Source: Entomortierella parvispora E1425 (taxonomy: Eukaryota > Fungi > Mortierellomycota). Taken from it: a stretch of DNA of 64,000 nucleotides. Location: assembly GCA_020891255.1 (NCBI GenBank), contig BQFW01000013.1:2356001-2420000 (forward strand), given 5' to 3'. The notes under the pieces were generated by a model. The model did no database searches. It saw only the letters and a list, made by a program, of their open reading frames with translations, and had not been told where the DNA came from. The translations under genes and the position numbers were made by a program. This document shows positions 34,289 through 47,600 of this stretch, one piece after another (positions within the stretch are counted from its first letter, which is position 1; each line of letters begins with the position of its first letter).

Positions 34289-37200
34289 ATGAAGCTCCAC
34301 ACACTGCACGCCCTCATGGCGCTTGTCAGCGTGGCTTGCGCTGTAGGGTCTAGCCACGGCGTTGATGGTTACAGTCAGGAGCACGACGGGGCTGGCGCGC
34401 TAGCCGCTGAGAAGCCCGCTGACGACCAAAAGTGGTCTAGTCGTCATAACCACAGGAAGCATGGGCACGAACAAAAAAACCGCCACCACAAGATGCCAAA
34501 TCATCCTGGTCATCACCATCATTCAAAGAAGCAAAAGTGCAAAGGTAAACAAGAGAGATAAATGTGAAAATCTTGACGCGTTTTCGCTCACTGCAACGCG
34601 TAGCCCATCCTCTCTCATTCTTCCTGCAATAACAGAGAGAAGATTACTGAAGTGCCTTCTACCATTTTCTATTTCTTTCTGGCAATGACGCCAAGTAGAG
34701 CAACTGAATCTTGTCTGCGACAGCATTGTCATTGACAAGATCATCTGTCCCTGCAAGAAAATCGTGCCTCTTGCTGAGGGCGACTCTGGCGCAGATGTGG
34801 CAAATGGCGATATAACAGCTGAGTGGAACACCCCCATACGCCAGGTCTACATCCCAATGGATGAACCTTGCTCCAACAAGCTTCCACCCATTTGCACCAT
34901 GCCCTCCGAGACGGGTGCTGTTGACAACTCTGACAATGATGAAAACAGCAACTTTGACACCACTCCTGATAGCGATAACCACGGTTTTATTCCCAGTGAG
35001 CCTGAAACCAACGAGAGCAACGATGAAGGCGACAATGAAGATGAGGACGAGATCAATGACGATTCCTCGGCTGCCTCAAACCAGGCTCTACTCCCAACCG
35101 CCGATGCTTCCGAAGATGTTATGGCCCATCTCTGGGACAAGGGCCACTGCCACCATCGCACGAAGCATGGTAAGGACCATATCCATCCTCACAAGAAGCA
35201 TGCCAAGGATAATGGCCATGGGCACAAGAACAAGCACCCATATCGAGATCGTTGCGTGGCTGTTGGCCATTTCTGTGGCAACCAGCTCTACGGATGCAAC
35301 TTTGTGGCAACGAGCTTGTACTACTGCTCTCATGTTGGCGACATCCCTAAGACGATTCTCGAAAATGCCAAGGTCTGCGGCGGCAACAATGGCAACTGCG
35401 CGTGTAATTCGGAAAACACCCTCTGTGGCTCCCAGCTCCCTGCCGAGTGCAATGCCAACCCCAACTCGATCTACTTCTGCCCTGGTGGTAAAGGCCAGTG
35501 GGAACACCTCAAGCAGTGCGATCCTGGTACGAAGTGCAATCAGGAAGGCAACGATGGCGCCAACTGCGGAAGCACAAACTGCCAATGCCTTGGAGATAAG
35601 ACCATATGCTCCGATGCATTCCCTGCTGGATGCAAGCTCATCCCCAATAGCATTTATCAGTGTACGCCTAGTAACAAGCCCGTTCTCATCAAGACCTGTG
35701 ATGAGTCTCGAACCTGTGTCACCCATGCAGACGGAGCTGTTTGCACACAGGGCGACTGCAAGTGCCCCGTTGACGGCAAAGTTTGTGGCAGCGTATTCCC
35801 TCTCAAATGCCGCATCCACGCAACAGGCTTGTATACCTGCACAAAGGGTGCAGATCCAATCTTCTTGAAGGATTGTTTGCCTGGAAAGTGCGTATCGTCT
35901 GCATCCTTACTCGGTGCAACGGCTGTCTTTCAGGAGAGCCGATGCATTGCACCCTGCACCTGCACTGACAAGAGACTTGTAAGATCCCTTTAACTAGACC
36001 GCGTTAGAGCCTGGAAATCGATGACCATTGTGATATCCTACTAACGCTCAATGAATTATATGCATCTTGCTCCCACCATCTGGTTTTTGATAGGTTTGCG
36101 GATCCACCTTCTCACCCTCTTGCAAGTACGGCCAGAATACTCTTTACAGTTGTTCTGGTGCTGGAGCGCATCCAGTTCATATCAAGGACTGCAGCCCACA
36201 ACAATGCATTGTGCAGGCCGGGAATAACACGTGCGGCCCTAACCCGGACCCATGTGTCTGCACACAAGGCGGTCAGGTTTGTGGTAGCAGCCTTCCTCAA
36301 GTCTGCAATGCTCCCCAGAATGCAATCTACGACTGCTCTGGCGGTGCTGGAACCACACCCAAGCTGGTGAATCAGTGCAACCCTGGTCTGACTTGTATCA
36401 CCCACAATGACGGCAGTGTCAACTGTGGTGGCCAAACCTGCAAATGCAGCAATACTCAAACTGCTTGCTCAAACGAGTTCCCCGACAGTTGCGCTCTCAC
36501 TCCTAATTCTGTGTATCGATGCTCGTCTTCCGGTAAACCCGTTCGGGTCAAGACCTGCACAGATGGGCAGCTGTGCATCTCACTTTCTGATGGCGCAGAC
36601 TGCACAAGCAACAGCTGTAAATGCCCATCATCTGGCGACCTTTGTGGTTCACGATTCCCACCAGCATGTGGCCTCATCGCCTCAGCTCTCTACACCTGCA
36701 CCCAGGATGGCGACCCAGTGCTGTCTAAGGATTGTACTCCAAGACGATGCTCAACAGCGTTATCGGCTCTGACAGGTGTCATGACCAAAGATCGCTGCGT
36801 AAATGCTTGCACATGCCCGACTGGCGGCTTTGTAAGTTTGGTTCATTTGTTTTTGATAGATATCTTGTCATATCTCATTTGTCCTGGCTGCTAATATTTC
36901 TTGAAATTTCTCACCTCAATTGAAATAGATGTGCGGATCGACCTTCCCTCCTCAATGTAAACTTAACAGCAAAGCTCTGTACTCCTGCAGTGGTGCAGGT
37001 GCTAAGCCTGTGATTAGTTCGACATGCGATAATGGCTGCATTGTCAGCGTCGGTGACAACTCTTGCTCTGATGGTCCAGGATGTGTCTGCCCTGCTGGAA
37101 GCAAGGGTCTGATCTGTGGATCTGCTCTCCCTCCCAAATGCAATGGAGACCCAACGATTATCTACGACTGCTCCGGTGGCGAGGGAACGACTCCTGTGGT

Positions 37201-40200
37201 TGTCAAGCATTGCGACCCTGGTACCAAGTGCCTGACAGATGAAAATGGCGAGCCAACATGCGGATTCCAGAAATGTCAGTGTTCAGGCACGAAAGCTCAC
37301 TGCTCGAACCAGTTCCCACGAGACTGCAAGCTTCCACCCAATAGTGTGGTTCAGTGCAAGAATGGCAAGCCAACTGTGGTTGAGACATGCCCTGATGATC
37401 GAACATGTGTGTCGGTCCCATCTGGCGCCTTCTGTGCATCGAACAGTTGTATTTGCCCAGACGATGGACAGATCTGTGGATCGGCATTCCCCTTGTCATG
37501 CAAACTGCAACAGACATCTTTGTACTCTTGCAAGAAGGGTGGATTGCCAGTCCTGCTCGAGTCCTGTCTGCCTGGATCGTGTGCGTCATCTCAGGCGACT
37601 GTCACTGCGACGGCTGCAATCTTTGACGCGTTGGCCATCATGGATACATGTGTGCAGCCTTGCACATGCACTGGTTCTGGCAACGTGTGTGGATCGACCT
37701 TCTCACCCTCTTGCACCTATGGCCAGAATTCTCTTTACAGTTGTTCTGGTGCTGGCGCATATCCAGATCTCATCCAGGACTGTAGCCCAGAACAATGCAT
37801 TGTTTCACCCGATGATAACAATTGTGTCCCTGATCCACCAACGACAGCTGGCCCTACAATAGGAGGTGGTCCACTGGATGTCCCAACAACCGCAGCTGGA
37901 GGTGGTCCACTGGATGTCCCAACAACTGCAGCTGGAGGTGGTCCACTACATGTCCCAACAACTGCAGCCGGAGGTGGTCCACTGGATGTCCCAACAACTG
38001 CAGCTGGAGGTGGTCCACTACATGTCCCAACAACTGCAGCTGGAGGTGGTCCACTGGATGTCCCAACAACTGCAGCTGGAGGTGGTCCACCAGGTGTCCC
38101 AACAACTGCAGCTGGAGGTGGTCCACTAGTTGTCCCAACAGCTGGAGGTGGTCCACCAGGTGTCTCAACAGCTGGAGGTGGTCCACTAGTTGTCCCAACA
38201 ACTGCACCTGTAGTTACCAGAGGTCCACCAGGTGTCTCAACAGCTGGAGGTGGTCCACTAGTTGTCCCAACAGCTGGAGGTGGTCCACTAGTTGTCCCAA
38301 CAGCTGGAGGTGGTCCACTAGTTGTCCCAACAACTGCACCTGTAGCTACCGAAGGTCCCCCAACGACAGGTGTCCCAACAACGACAGGTGGTTCACCAAC
38401 TGCAAGTGGTTCACCAACTACAGGTGGTTCACCAACTACAGGTGGTTCACCAACTACAGGTGCTCCACCATCTGCAAGTGCTCCGCCAACCACGGGTGGT
38501 TCACCAACTGCAAGTGGTCCACCAACGACAGGTGGTTCACCAACTACAGGTGCTCCACCATCTGCAAGTGCTCCGCCAACCACGGGTGGTTCACCAACTG
38601 CAAGTGGTCCACCAACGACAGGTGGTTCACCAACTACAGGTGCTCCACCATCTGCAAGTGCTCCGCCAACCACGGGTGGTTCACCGACTGCAAGTAGTCC
38701 ACCAACTACAGGTGCTCCACCATCTGCAAGTGCTCCGCCAACCACGGGTGGTTCACCAACTGCAAGTGGTCCACCAACTACAGGTGTCCCAACAACCACA
38801 GGTGGTTCACCGACATCAAGTGGTCCACCAATTACAAGCCCAACAAGCACCGGTGTCCCAACAACCACAGCCTCCCCAACAACTACCACAACGGCTTGCC
38901 CTCCAGCAGCGACTGGGGTCATCACAAACCCGACTTCAGGAATGGTCTTAAACGTAGACGTGGGCTACACCAGTCCAGTAAGTGCTTTTGCGAGTAGGCT
39001 GATGATTGTTGGAGGGAGCAACCAAACATGCAATCTACTAATGATGTTTCCCGCCTTCATTTTCTTGGACATGTTTTCTTTAATCCAGAATACTCAAGTT
39101 ATACTGTGGGCAGGCAATGGATCAGCTCTCGCGTGGAATGAGTTTTGGACATTCAATAATGGAGTCATATCACTCGCTGCAACAAACGCTACCAACCCAG
39201 TTATACCCCCAGCTACTTACTGCCTAGACACACAGGCGGTTACAGGATCTAATGACAATGTGGTTATAAACCCTTGCAACGGGTCAACCACACAGCAGTG
39301 GACCATTAGTTCATCAGGCGCCCTTACGAACGTTGCCAGTGGCAATTGTGCGACTATATCCAATGTTATAGATCTCTTTGGCCATGGATTGGCGATAACT
39401 ACATCCCCCTGCAATGGCGATGGTGACCAGATCTGGGCCGCCCCACCTGGGTGGATCTGTCCCGGTCAGTCTTTGCCTCCACCATGCAATCAGGCCCCAG
39501 CTGCAAGTGGGGAAATCACAAACCCGGCCTCGGGAATGGTCTTAAACGTAGATCGGGGCTTTCTCACTGCAGTAAGTGCTTTTGCGATTGGACTGATATT
39601 AAGTGGAGAGAGAGCAAACCAAACATGCAATGTACTAATGATGTTTCCCACATTCATTTTCTTGATGTTTTCTTTATTCAAGAATAATTCAATTGTGCTG
39701 TATCCAGGCAACGGAACAAATCTCGCATGGAATGAGCTCTGGACTCTCAATAATAGGACCATATCAGTCACTGCAACAAACGGTAGCGGCTCAGCTATAC
39801 CCCCATTTACTTACTGCCTAGACACACAGGCGGTTGCAGGATCTAATGACAATTTGGTTTTGAACCCTTGCCAGCCCGGGTTACTCTCACAGGAGTGGGC
39901 CATTACTTCATCAGGCGCCATTATTAACCTTGCCAATAGTCAATGTGTGGCTATATCAAGTACATATAATGTCACTGCAATTCCTGCGTTGATCATGAAT
40001 GTAGCCCAATGCAATGGCAGTGATGACCAGGTCTGGGCCACTCCACCTGGGTGGCGCTGTGGATCCAGTTATTCTTTGCCACCACCCTGCAATCAGGCTC
40101 CAGCTGCGACTGGGGTAATCACAAACTCGGCCGCGGGAATGGTCTTAAACATAGACAATGGCAATCTCACTGCAGTAAGTGCTTTTGTGAGTGGGCTGAT

Positions 40201-40654
40201 TTGTTGGAGAGGGAGCAACAAATCATACAATGTACTAATGTTGTTTCCCACATTCATTTTCTTGGACATGTTTTTCTTCTTCAAGAATACTTCGATTATA
40301 TTGTACGGAGGCAACACCACGTGGAATGATCTTTGGACACTCAACAATAGGGTCATATCAGTCGTTCCAACAAATTTGACCAACCCACCTATATCCGCGG
40401 GTGAATTTTGCCTAGACACTGCGGCGGGTACAACACCTAATGACAATGTGGTTCTGAACCCTTGCAGCGGGTCACTCACACAGGAATGGGCCATTACTTC
40501 ATCAGGCGAGATCATGAACCTTGCTACTGGCGATTGTGTGACGGCATCCAGTCCAAATGTAACTACATCCCCTTGTAGTGGCAGTGGCAACCAGACCTGG
40601 GTCAGTCCGACTGGGTGGGCCTGTTCCGCGCAAACGATTCACGTACTACCGTAA
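34289..40654 (+). CDS. Secreted modular lectin-like protein (~1888 aa): same N-terminal chassis as 22018, 13 Cys-rich modules, Pro/Thr/Gly stalk, three ricin-B (R-type, CBM13-like) domains
   Basis: Inferred exons 34289-34544, 34699-35978, 36094-36831, 36929-38977, 39089-39571, 39683-40174 and 40286-40654 (5667 nt). Ricin hallmarks YCLDT, NPC..QQW/QEW, C..DQIW, repeated three times. Confidence 0.88.
37840..38895 (+). repeat. Coding Pro/Thr/Gly tandem repeats of gene 2
   Basis: GGGPLDVPTTAA-type units expanded relative to gene 1, plus APPTTGGSPTASG units. Confidence 0.95.
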
Positions 40655-43600
40655 ATCGAATCCGAACAAATTCGAATAAATTCAGTGCACAATGCTTTAT
40701 TCATTTATTGCAGCTCATAGGAGGTCTTTCACAGTGTGTCCTTGTTGATCGCCGACCGTCTGACATAGTACATGTATTCTTGCTGGCTTTCTTGTTGCTT
40801 GTCCTGTGGGTTGCACCCCCAGCACTTTACTGCCCGCTGGTTTCCATTGGCCAAGAAATTGCTCTTGTGCTCAATGAACATCACCAAGAGGTGATGATGG
40901 TGGTACAGCACCATCGCCTCTAGTTCAAGAGGCTATCGCAAAGCGAGGAATTCACGCACCAAACAGGAGTCGAACTCGATCGACCCCTCACCACTGCTCA
41001 CTGGAAACTTTAACATATGTGAGGCGCCTTACGGTCAACTCGTTGGGTTCGCCCACCAGTATTTATTTACCACTGTATTATCGGTGAACCTAGCATAGAA
41101 AAAAACATGTCAGATTTGCCTGACAAAGTGGCATTTCCTTTCACATTGTAGAAGAGCAGCCTATCGGGCGGGCGAGCCCTTTTGCTACTGCGGTGTAAAG
41201 CGCCTAGTAAATAAAGCTTCCAGAGACAGTGCCGTGAGGTCGAGGGTCCGATCTCAGCTTGGTGCGCCCTCGTTTGCGCTAGCCTCACGAGTTAGAGGCG
41301 ATAGTTTGTATCAGTTTGTATCACTACCTACAGCACTTGCTGATATTTATCCCATGTGGATTAGTTAACAGGGGGCACTGAGTCAAAGTGCTAAGTATAC
41401 GAGGTGGTTCAGCCCACTAAAAACAGCTGTCGGCCATATGCAGGATCATGTTCTATGTGAAGGCGGTCGGACACCAATAGCCGGACAATAAACAAGAAAT
41501 TTTCCTAGGATGAGGCCGTCCAGCAAGCAGGCAAGGTGTTCCAGGCGGTGGAAGGCGGTTATTGCGAGGAGGTCTCGATCTTATTAGCAGGCGACGAGTC
41601 TGCCAACTGGCCGCATAGGGACGTGGTAGTACGGGCGGACGGGAGACTCGATTCCACTGACCACGCCATATATACTACGCTGGTTGCTAGCGTAGAAGGG
41701 GATGTTATGACAAAACCCTCGTGTGGATCTGGTAGAAAGATCAAAGTTGCAATAAAAAAAAATGTAGAAGAGCAGCCTATCCATACCGAATTATCATATA
41801 ATGACATCGAAATGTCACCAGACATTACCAGAGTTTGTTAATACCTCTGACGGAAAGTCGGATCTATCATTGCAAACAAAGCCATCGATGGTTAGAAAGG
41901 GTTTGGAACGCATTCGACGCACTAGACGTGTCTGCTCAAAATACTGTATTACCTTGCTACTGCCTTGGCCGGGGCCCTGAAGAGGCTGAGGCTGGGGCAG
42001 ATGAAGTGGAGTCAGAGGCTGGAGCTGGGGTTGAGGCTGGAGCTGAGCCAGAGGCTGGAGCTGAGCCCGAGGCTGGGGCTGGAGTTGAGGCGGAGGGAGC
42101 TGAGCCTGATAACAATAGAGTGGACATACACTGTAAGAAAAACGAACCTTTTCACTTCAAATATCGAGTCATCCCGACTTACTGGTCTGCTGCCTTGCTT
42201 GGGAGTGAGTCAAAGGATGGCGAGGGCGAACTGTTGAGAAGAAAAGCTTGAGTAGGCAATCGACACTGGTGTAAGTTCGTGAAGAGGTGTACTGTAGTTT
42301 CTTGCTAGCTGTACCCGTACTCACCTGTTCTGGACGGCAGTGCCTGCGATCGTGTCTGCGATCGTGAACTTGATCCCGAAGCCGGCGATGTTTGCGTCGG
42401 TCGAAGCGGGATTGTCTGCGGGCTTGGCCCAGGCGGGTATGTCCGCATCGGTCGAGGTGGGGTTGTGATCGGTCGAGGTGGAGTTGTCTGCGAAACTTAG
42501 CCGAGGCGAAACTGTCTACAGAGTTGATCCCCATACCTGTGGCGTCGGTGTTAATGCCTTGATGGATGGTTGCAGCTTTTTTAGTGATCGGGTCTGTGTT
42601 TGCGATTGAGCTGGATCCCTTATGTGGCTGCATCTGTGTCTGTCTCCGTGTCCGTGGATCTGTCGAAGAGTCTGAAATAGTCCGTTTTCGTCTTAACTAA
42701 GTCCGTGTCTGCGCTCGCGTCTGCATTTGTGAGCCAAACCCTGGCCCTGAGCCCCAGCCTGGCCCTGATTCTAGGCGCGAACGCTCCTGTCTCTTTGTGT
42801 GCACACGGGTCTGCACTAGGCCCTTGAACGGTGATCCTGTGGAAACATATTGCGATGTAAGCCTCGACAATTTGTACTGTACATGTCGCAAAGAATGGGG
42901 GGGGGGGGGGGGAATTGCCTTAGCTACCTGGCAATGGCGCCGGTGCACTTGAACTACTTGCCAGACGGGTTATTTCTTGGAGTTGGCTTTTGGGGACTAT
43001 TATAGAAAGAAACATGAGTGTACTGCCCATTGTGTCTGGTTGACAGCGGGCGAAACAACCCAAGCAAGACGCACCTCAAGCCTCCAAGTACGGTGAAGCA
43101 AAGAGTGTTGAGAGTGAGGTGGTTGGAGAGAAGAGGAAGCAAGAGTATCAGAGGGCGGGGAGTGAGAATGGGAAAAGGCGACAGGAAGGAACGAAACAAA
43201 ACGTAGGAGGAAACGAGGGCGAGGGATCAGCTGCCGTTTTTTTTTGTTTGCCATCACATCGAAACCACCGCCATCGCAGAGACACCGCGTTGCCCTTTGC
43301 GCGTTTCCCGCTGTTTCCCCGCGCCCTGGTGTTCTCGGGACAGTTTGGGAGTGCTGCTCGCATGAGGAGACTCACGCTCGGTCTCCAATTGAGCCCCCTG
43401 TCTCTTTGATGGCCCGATTTGGACAGGACCATCCCAAACAAGTGCCCCCGCCTCTCTCTCAAAACTGTTTGTGCTACCACGGGAGCATGGCGAAACAATA
43501 GAATCTGTTAGCGGAATATGGATTCTTGTCAACATAGAAAGAAAACGAAAGATGGGCGTGGCTCACGACAGAGCTCTTCTCTGCTTGCACTCTGCCAAAG

Positions 43601-44659
43601 GCAAGGCGTTTCCTCAAAGGTCCTTTCAGTGGTGGATTCTGCACTTGAGCATGGAAAAAGAAACGCGACGGTGGTTCATGCACTTTGCCAAATGCAAGGC
43701 ATTTTCCTTTTCTCTGTCGACTTTGCGCTGATGGCCCCCCCTATTTTTCACGTTGATGGATATGACACGCACAACAAATCGGACGCAGGTCCTGGCGGAA
43801 GAGGATGGTGCAAGGCTACATGGATACCCCAGCGTGCAGAATCGGACTTACCCGAATCTATCCCAACAAACAGCTTCGGTGTTGGGGCATCCGCAACAAT
43901 CATTACCTAGCAATCGGCATGCCTGGCAAGTTTTCTTTATCATGGGAAGGAAGCAACTGAAGACGCTCTACGTGACTGACAAGGGCAATTGTGCAGTGGT
44001 TATCCACTCAACAGAATGGATGTAAATCATACATTGCAACGTCTTTTGTTTCTTGGCAGGCTGCCGCCTTTCCGCTTCCTGCTCTGATCCACAACGACCC
44101 AGTCTTGTTGTATAGCGCCTGAATGGATTCTAAGAGATCCTTGTCCTCATCAGATATATGGGTCTTGGAATGTATCTCCTTTAATTCGGCCAAGATACCA
44201 TTGCGTGCCGCCGGATCTTGTTTTTTGATACAGATGCCAATTTTACTACAATCTTTGTTGGGGCTATCTCATTGTCTTTGACAGGCGTCTCCATGTATTC
44301 CAAGCTGCTGCTACTCGTCTGAACTTGATGGGGTTCTTGTCATTAACCACAAGCGCAATATGCTTGCAACATCCTTGCGTTCGTTGGAAGCGAGAATATG
44401 AGGCAGGCAACAATATCCCCAAGTAACTGATCGTTGCCAAATCCAGAACAATGCTGTAGAAGGACATTACCGCATCCTCAGCATCAGTGAGGAGGTTATC
44501 CTGGAACGACCGTACCTGAAGTTTTGAATGGTCATCTGAACCGAAAACAAAATCGCCAGAGTATCCCAAAGCTCATACCTTTGCCATATATGTCTCTGCC
44601 CTGATCCTTGCTTCCGTCCCATCTCTTTGAACCGCATGCATTCGACCAATGTTTAAAGA

Positions 44660-47600
44660 GCCACGATAAAGCTTGCGCTGATAGTGCGGTATCACAGGGG
44701 ACAGTGTTGAAGAGGACGTGTACCCCTGGATCGGTTCCACCTGGCATCAACACTATCCTTCTCTTGGTCGGATCACAGTTGTCGTCGTCAATTTCCGTCA
44801 TCAGTCCCTTGATGTTTATCGAGTCTGCTTTGTCAAAACAACCAAGTCTGCGGAGTGTGGGACTTGAGAAGGATGGGCCGGCAGGAACAGAGGTGGATGA
44901 ATTGACAGGGGCCGAGGAAGAAGGGCTGGCAGGGACCGCGGAAGACGAGCTGGCCGGGGAAATGGCTGGTGCTGACGATGACGACGAGCATGTTGTGGAG
45001 GAGTAGTATTTGTTATGATCATACTTCTTTTGTCGTAGGTCTTTGATTTCCGCCCGTATGAGCACTTTCTGCATGTTGGTCTTGAACTGGTCGGTCACCG
45101 ACACTCCGGATACTCGAGCATCCTGAAGATTGGACTTCAGGGTCTTGAGTTGCCTCTCAATTTTAGCTGCTTTCCTGTTTCGTCCTTGAAGGGCCTTTTC
45201 CTTTGCTTTGATGATATCGGTAAGTCGTCCGCGATCTCTTTTGCCCACGGTTTCGTCATGCCCTCATTTTCGAGTTCCAGCTGCCTCAGTTGGCTATAAG
45301 AAGGCTCCCGCTGCTTTTTCGATTTCTTCATCTTAAGCCGCTTTTCCTTAAACAAATTCTTTGGGGCATCTTCTCGAATCCCATGTCCCATAATTCGCAC
45401 AGTGTTTTTGTAGATAAACGTAAGCCTATCATGCACAAAACGATGTTAGGGTCATGTTCTTGGTAATGTTCGAATTCGAATACAGTGTCATTCACTCTTG
45501 GCACAAGACCTCTTACCGATCAGCAAATACAAGCCCGTATTTTTGGCAGATGGAATGGATAACACTCATGTCAAAGAAGGCGCCAAATATGATGGGAGCA
45601 TTCTTTACTCCAAGTGCTTGAGTTTAACACAAGGTTCCTTTGGCATCGAAAACATCAAAATGCTCTTTTTTTGATGAACAAAGTGCCTCCCGAATCCCTG
45701 TTGAGCCCAATGGGAGTGGATGAAGTTTTCCTGCCGCAGATGTCGGATAGGGCTTCTTCGTAAAATTGCCAAAACCCATCGCTCGCAGTAGATGATTTGC
45801 CAAGTAAGCAAACGGCCCTGTCGCTAGGACATGTCGCGGGATGGTGCCTGGTGTGGGATTTGGTGTAAAGGGTCTCAGTGCATTGATGATTTTTACCGCT
45901 GCATCGACCTCGTTCTCCTTAAACGTGTGCCTGTCGAAGAGATGTTGTCGTACAATGTCCTTTGTGATCAACCCCGACAACTCGCCGATATCAAGTAGTT
46001 TGCAGATCACCGCTTCCAAACCGCGTAGGCGTTTCGAGGTTGGCTCCGCTTTCCGCATCAACTCTAAAACAGGACTCATGTACAAGTCAAACGCCACGTA
46101 GTTTAAATAGACAATGTCGGGGACTTGTATGACCTTACCTTTTTCAGCGGCCACTGCATCGCAAGGGTCAGAAGTCGCATTCTCGCTATCCCCTTTCACC
46201 TCCTCCTCTTTGGCCTCTTCCTCCAGAGTCTCTCGGAACACGTCATCCTCATCCATCTCCTCATCGTCATAGTCGCTATCGTCACCCAACATAACCTCCT
46301 GGTGATCGACGTCATCGGTAGAGCCCTGAGATTGTGTGCTGGCTATGTTGATGAGACGGAGCAATCTTTGGACACGGTCGACACACGAATACAGTGGTTC
46401 ATTGCCGGTCGGATCCGCGAGAATCAAAGTTGATCCAGACCACTCCTTGGTGCATTTGTGAACGGTCCGATCCAACTGATCCAGTAAAGAGAAAAGTTTT
46501 TTGCTTGATTCCACTCGATTTCGGGGCTTTCGAGCGGCCTTTCTGCACTCTTCGCCAAGGGTCGCAAGTGAGTTCTCACGAGATATCGAACCACTGCCCT
46601 CTTTAGGTCGCCGTAGATATTTCCGTTCCAGATATTGGCAATGTTGGTTGCAGTCGTCCTGAGAAAAATGTTTAGTGTCTGCGATAATCCTGGTGGGCAT
46701 TCGGCGTTTTTCTCGAAAGTTGTTGTCATCACTAGCTGTCTTCTGGACACACTCGACCAACGTTGTCCAATCCGGATGATTGTTCTCCTTCTCCGTCTTT
46801 CGCTTTTTTTTCTCTTTCGGCTCCCAGTCCCTGTCTGAAGGAAGAAGCTTCTCGGCGAGGAAACCCAAGAAGTTCTGGCTGAAAAGATCGCATAGATCAG
46901 GCGCCACTTGGGCGTTCTTGTCCTTGGACTTCGTGATTTTCTTTAGGAGGTCGCGAGAGACCTTGGCAACCCTGACCACGGGCTCTTTCTGACGTTTAGG
47001 ATCGCGGATCTGGAAGTCGGTAGGTAGAAGGTCTGTGATATCTACACCCTCCCAGTCGTCACTCAAACAGCCCTGAAATACCTGTAGTGGAAACAGTGTT
47101 GAAAATGTCAGCAAGAGATTAATCGTGATACGGGAAAATTAACCGTTCGTCACAGAGCCTCATAAGTTACCTCCACATGTGCCTTCATACATGCCGCCTG
47201 CACCTCTTCCATGTGGTCCGATAGAAGTGCCTGACTCTCGCCGAGTAGATCGATGATTGCTTCCTTCGTATCAACGTCAACTCTTTGCATAGGATCCTCT
47301 TTATAGGCAGATCGCACACACGAATCAGGGCCTCCTTGTCTAGGTGGTCCTCTTGCATTTTCAGCTCGACCTCCTTGGCGCCCCATTTCTCTTTCTTTTC
47401 GACAGCGTCATGCTAAAACAGCTCGAAGTTGTCTTTTGCGAACACGTTGAAGATCTCCAACTGTCGAGCGTTAATTTTCGCCACAAAATCCATGACAGAT
47501 ATGCTGCCCTGTGGTCTTCCCAGATTTTGCTCCAGATCTCTAATGGCGCCTTGAGGAACATTCTGTGGTAATCGGACTCGAGTAGATTCCTTTTCCAGCA

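Noticed and set aside
36929-40654. 1241-aa ORF as a standalone single-exon gene
   Set aside because: It begins right after an AG acceptor, has no signal peptide and reads through three canonical introns; it is the 3' part of the gene starting at 34289.
41530-41600. DRDLLA on the minus strand as the missing RuvC-III motif
   Set aside because: 3 kb from RuvC-I, preceded by stops, with no RuvC-II or CxxC context; likely chance.
41835-42950. Ala/Glu/Gly or Ser/Ala/Pro repeat ORFs
   Set aside because: Low-complexity GAGGCTGG repeats; the coding strand and gene model could not be established.
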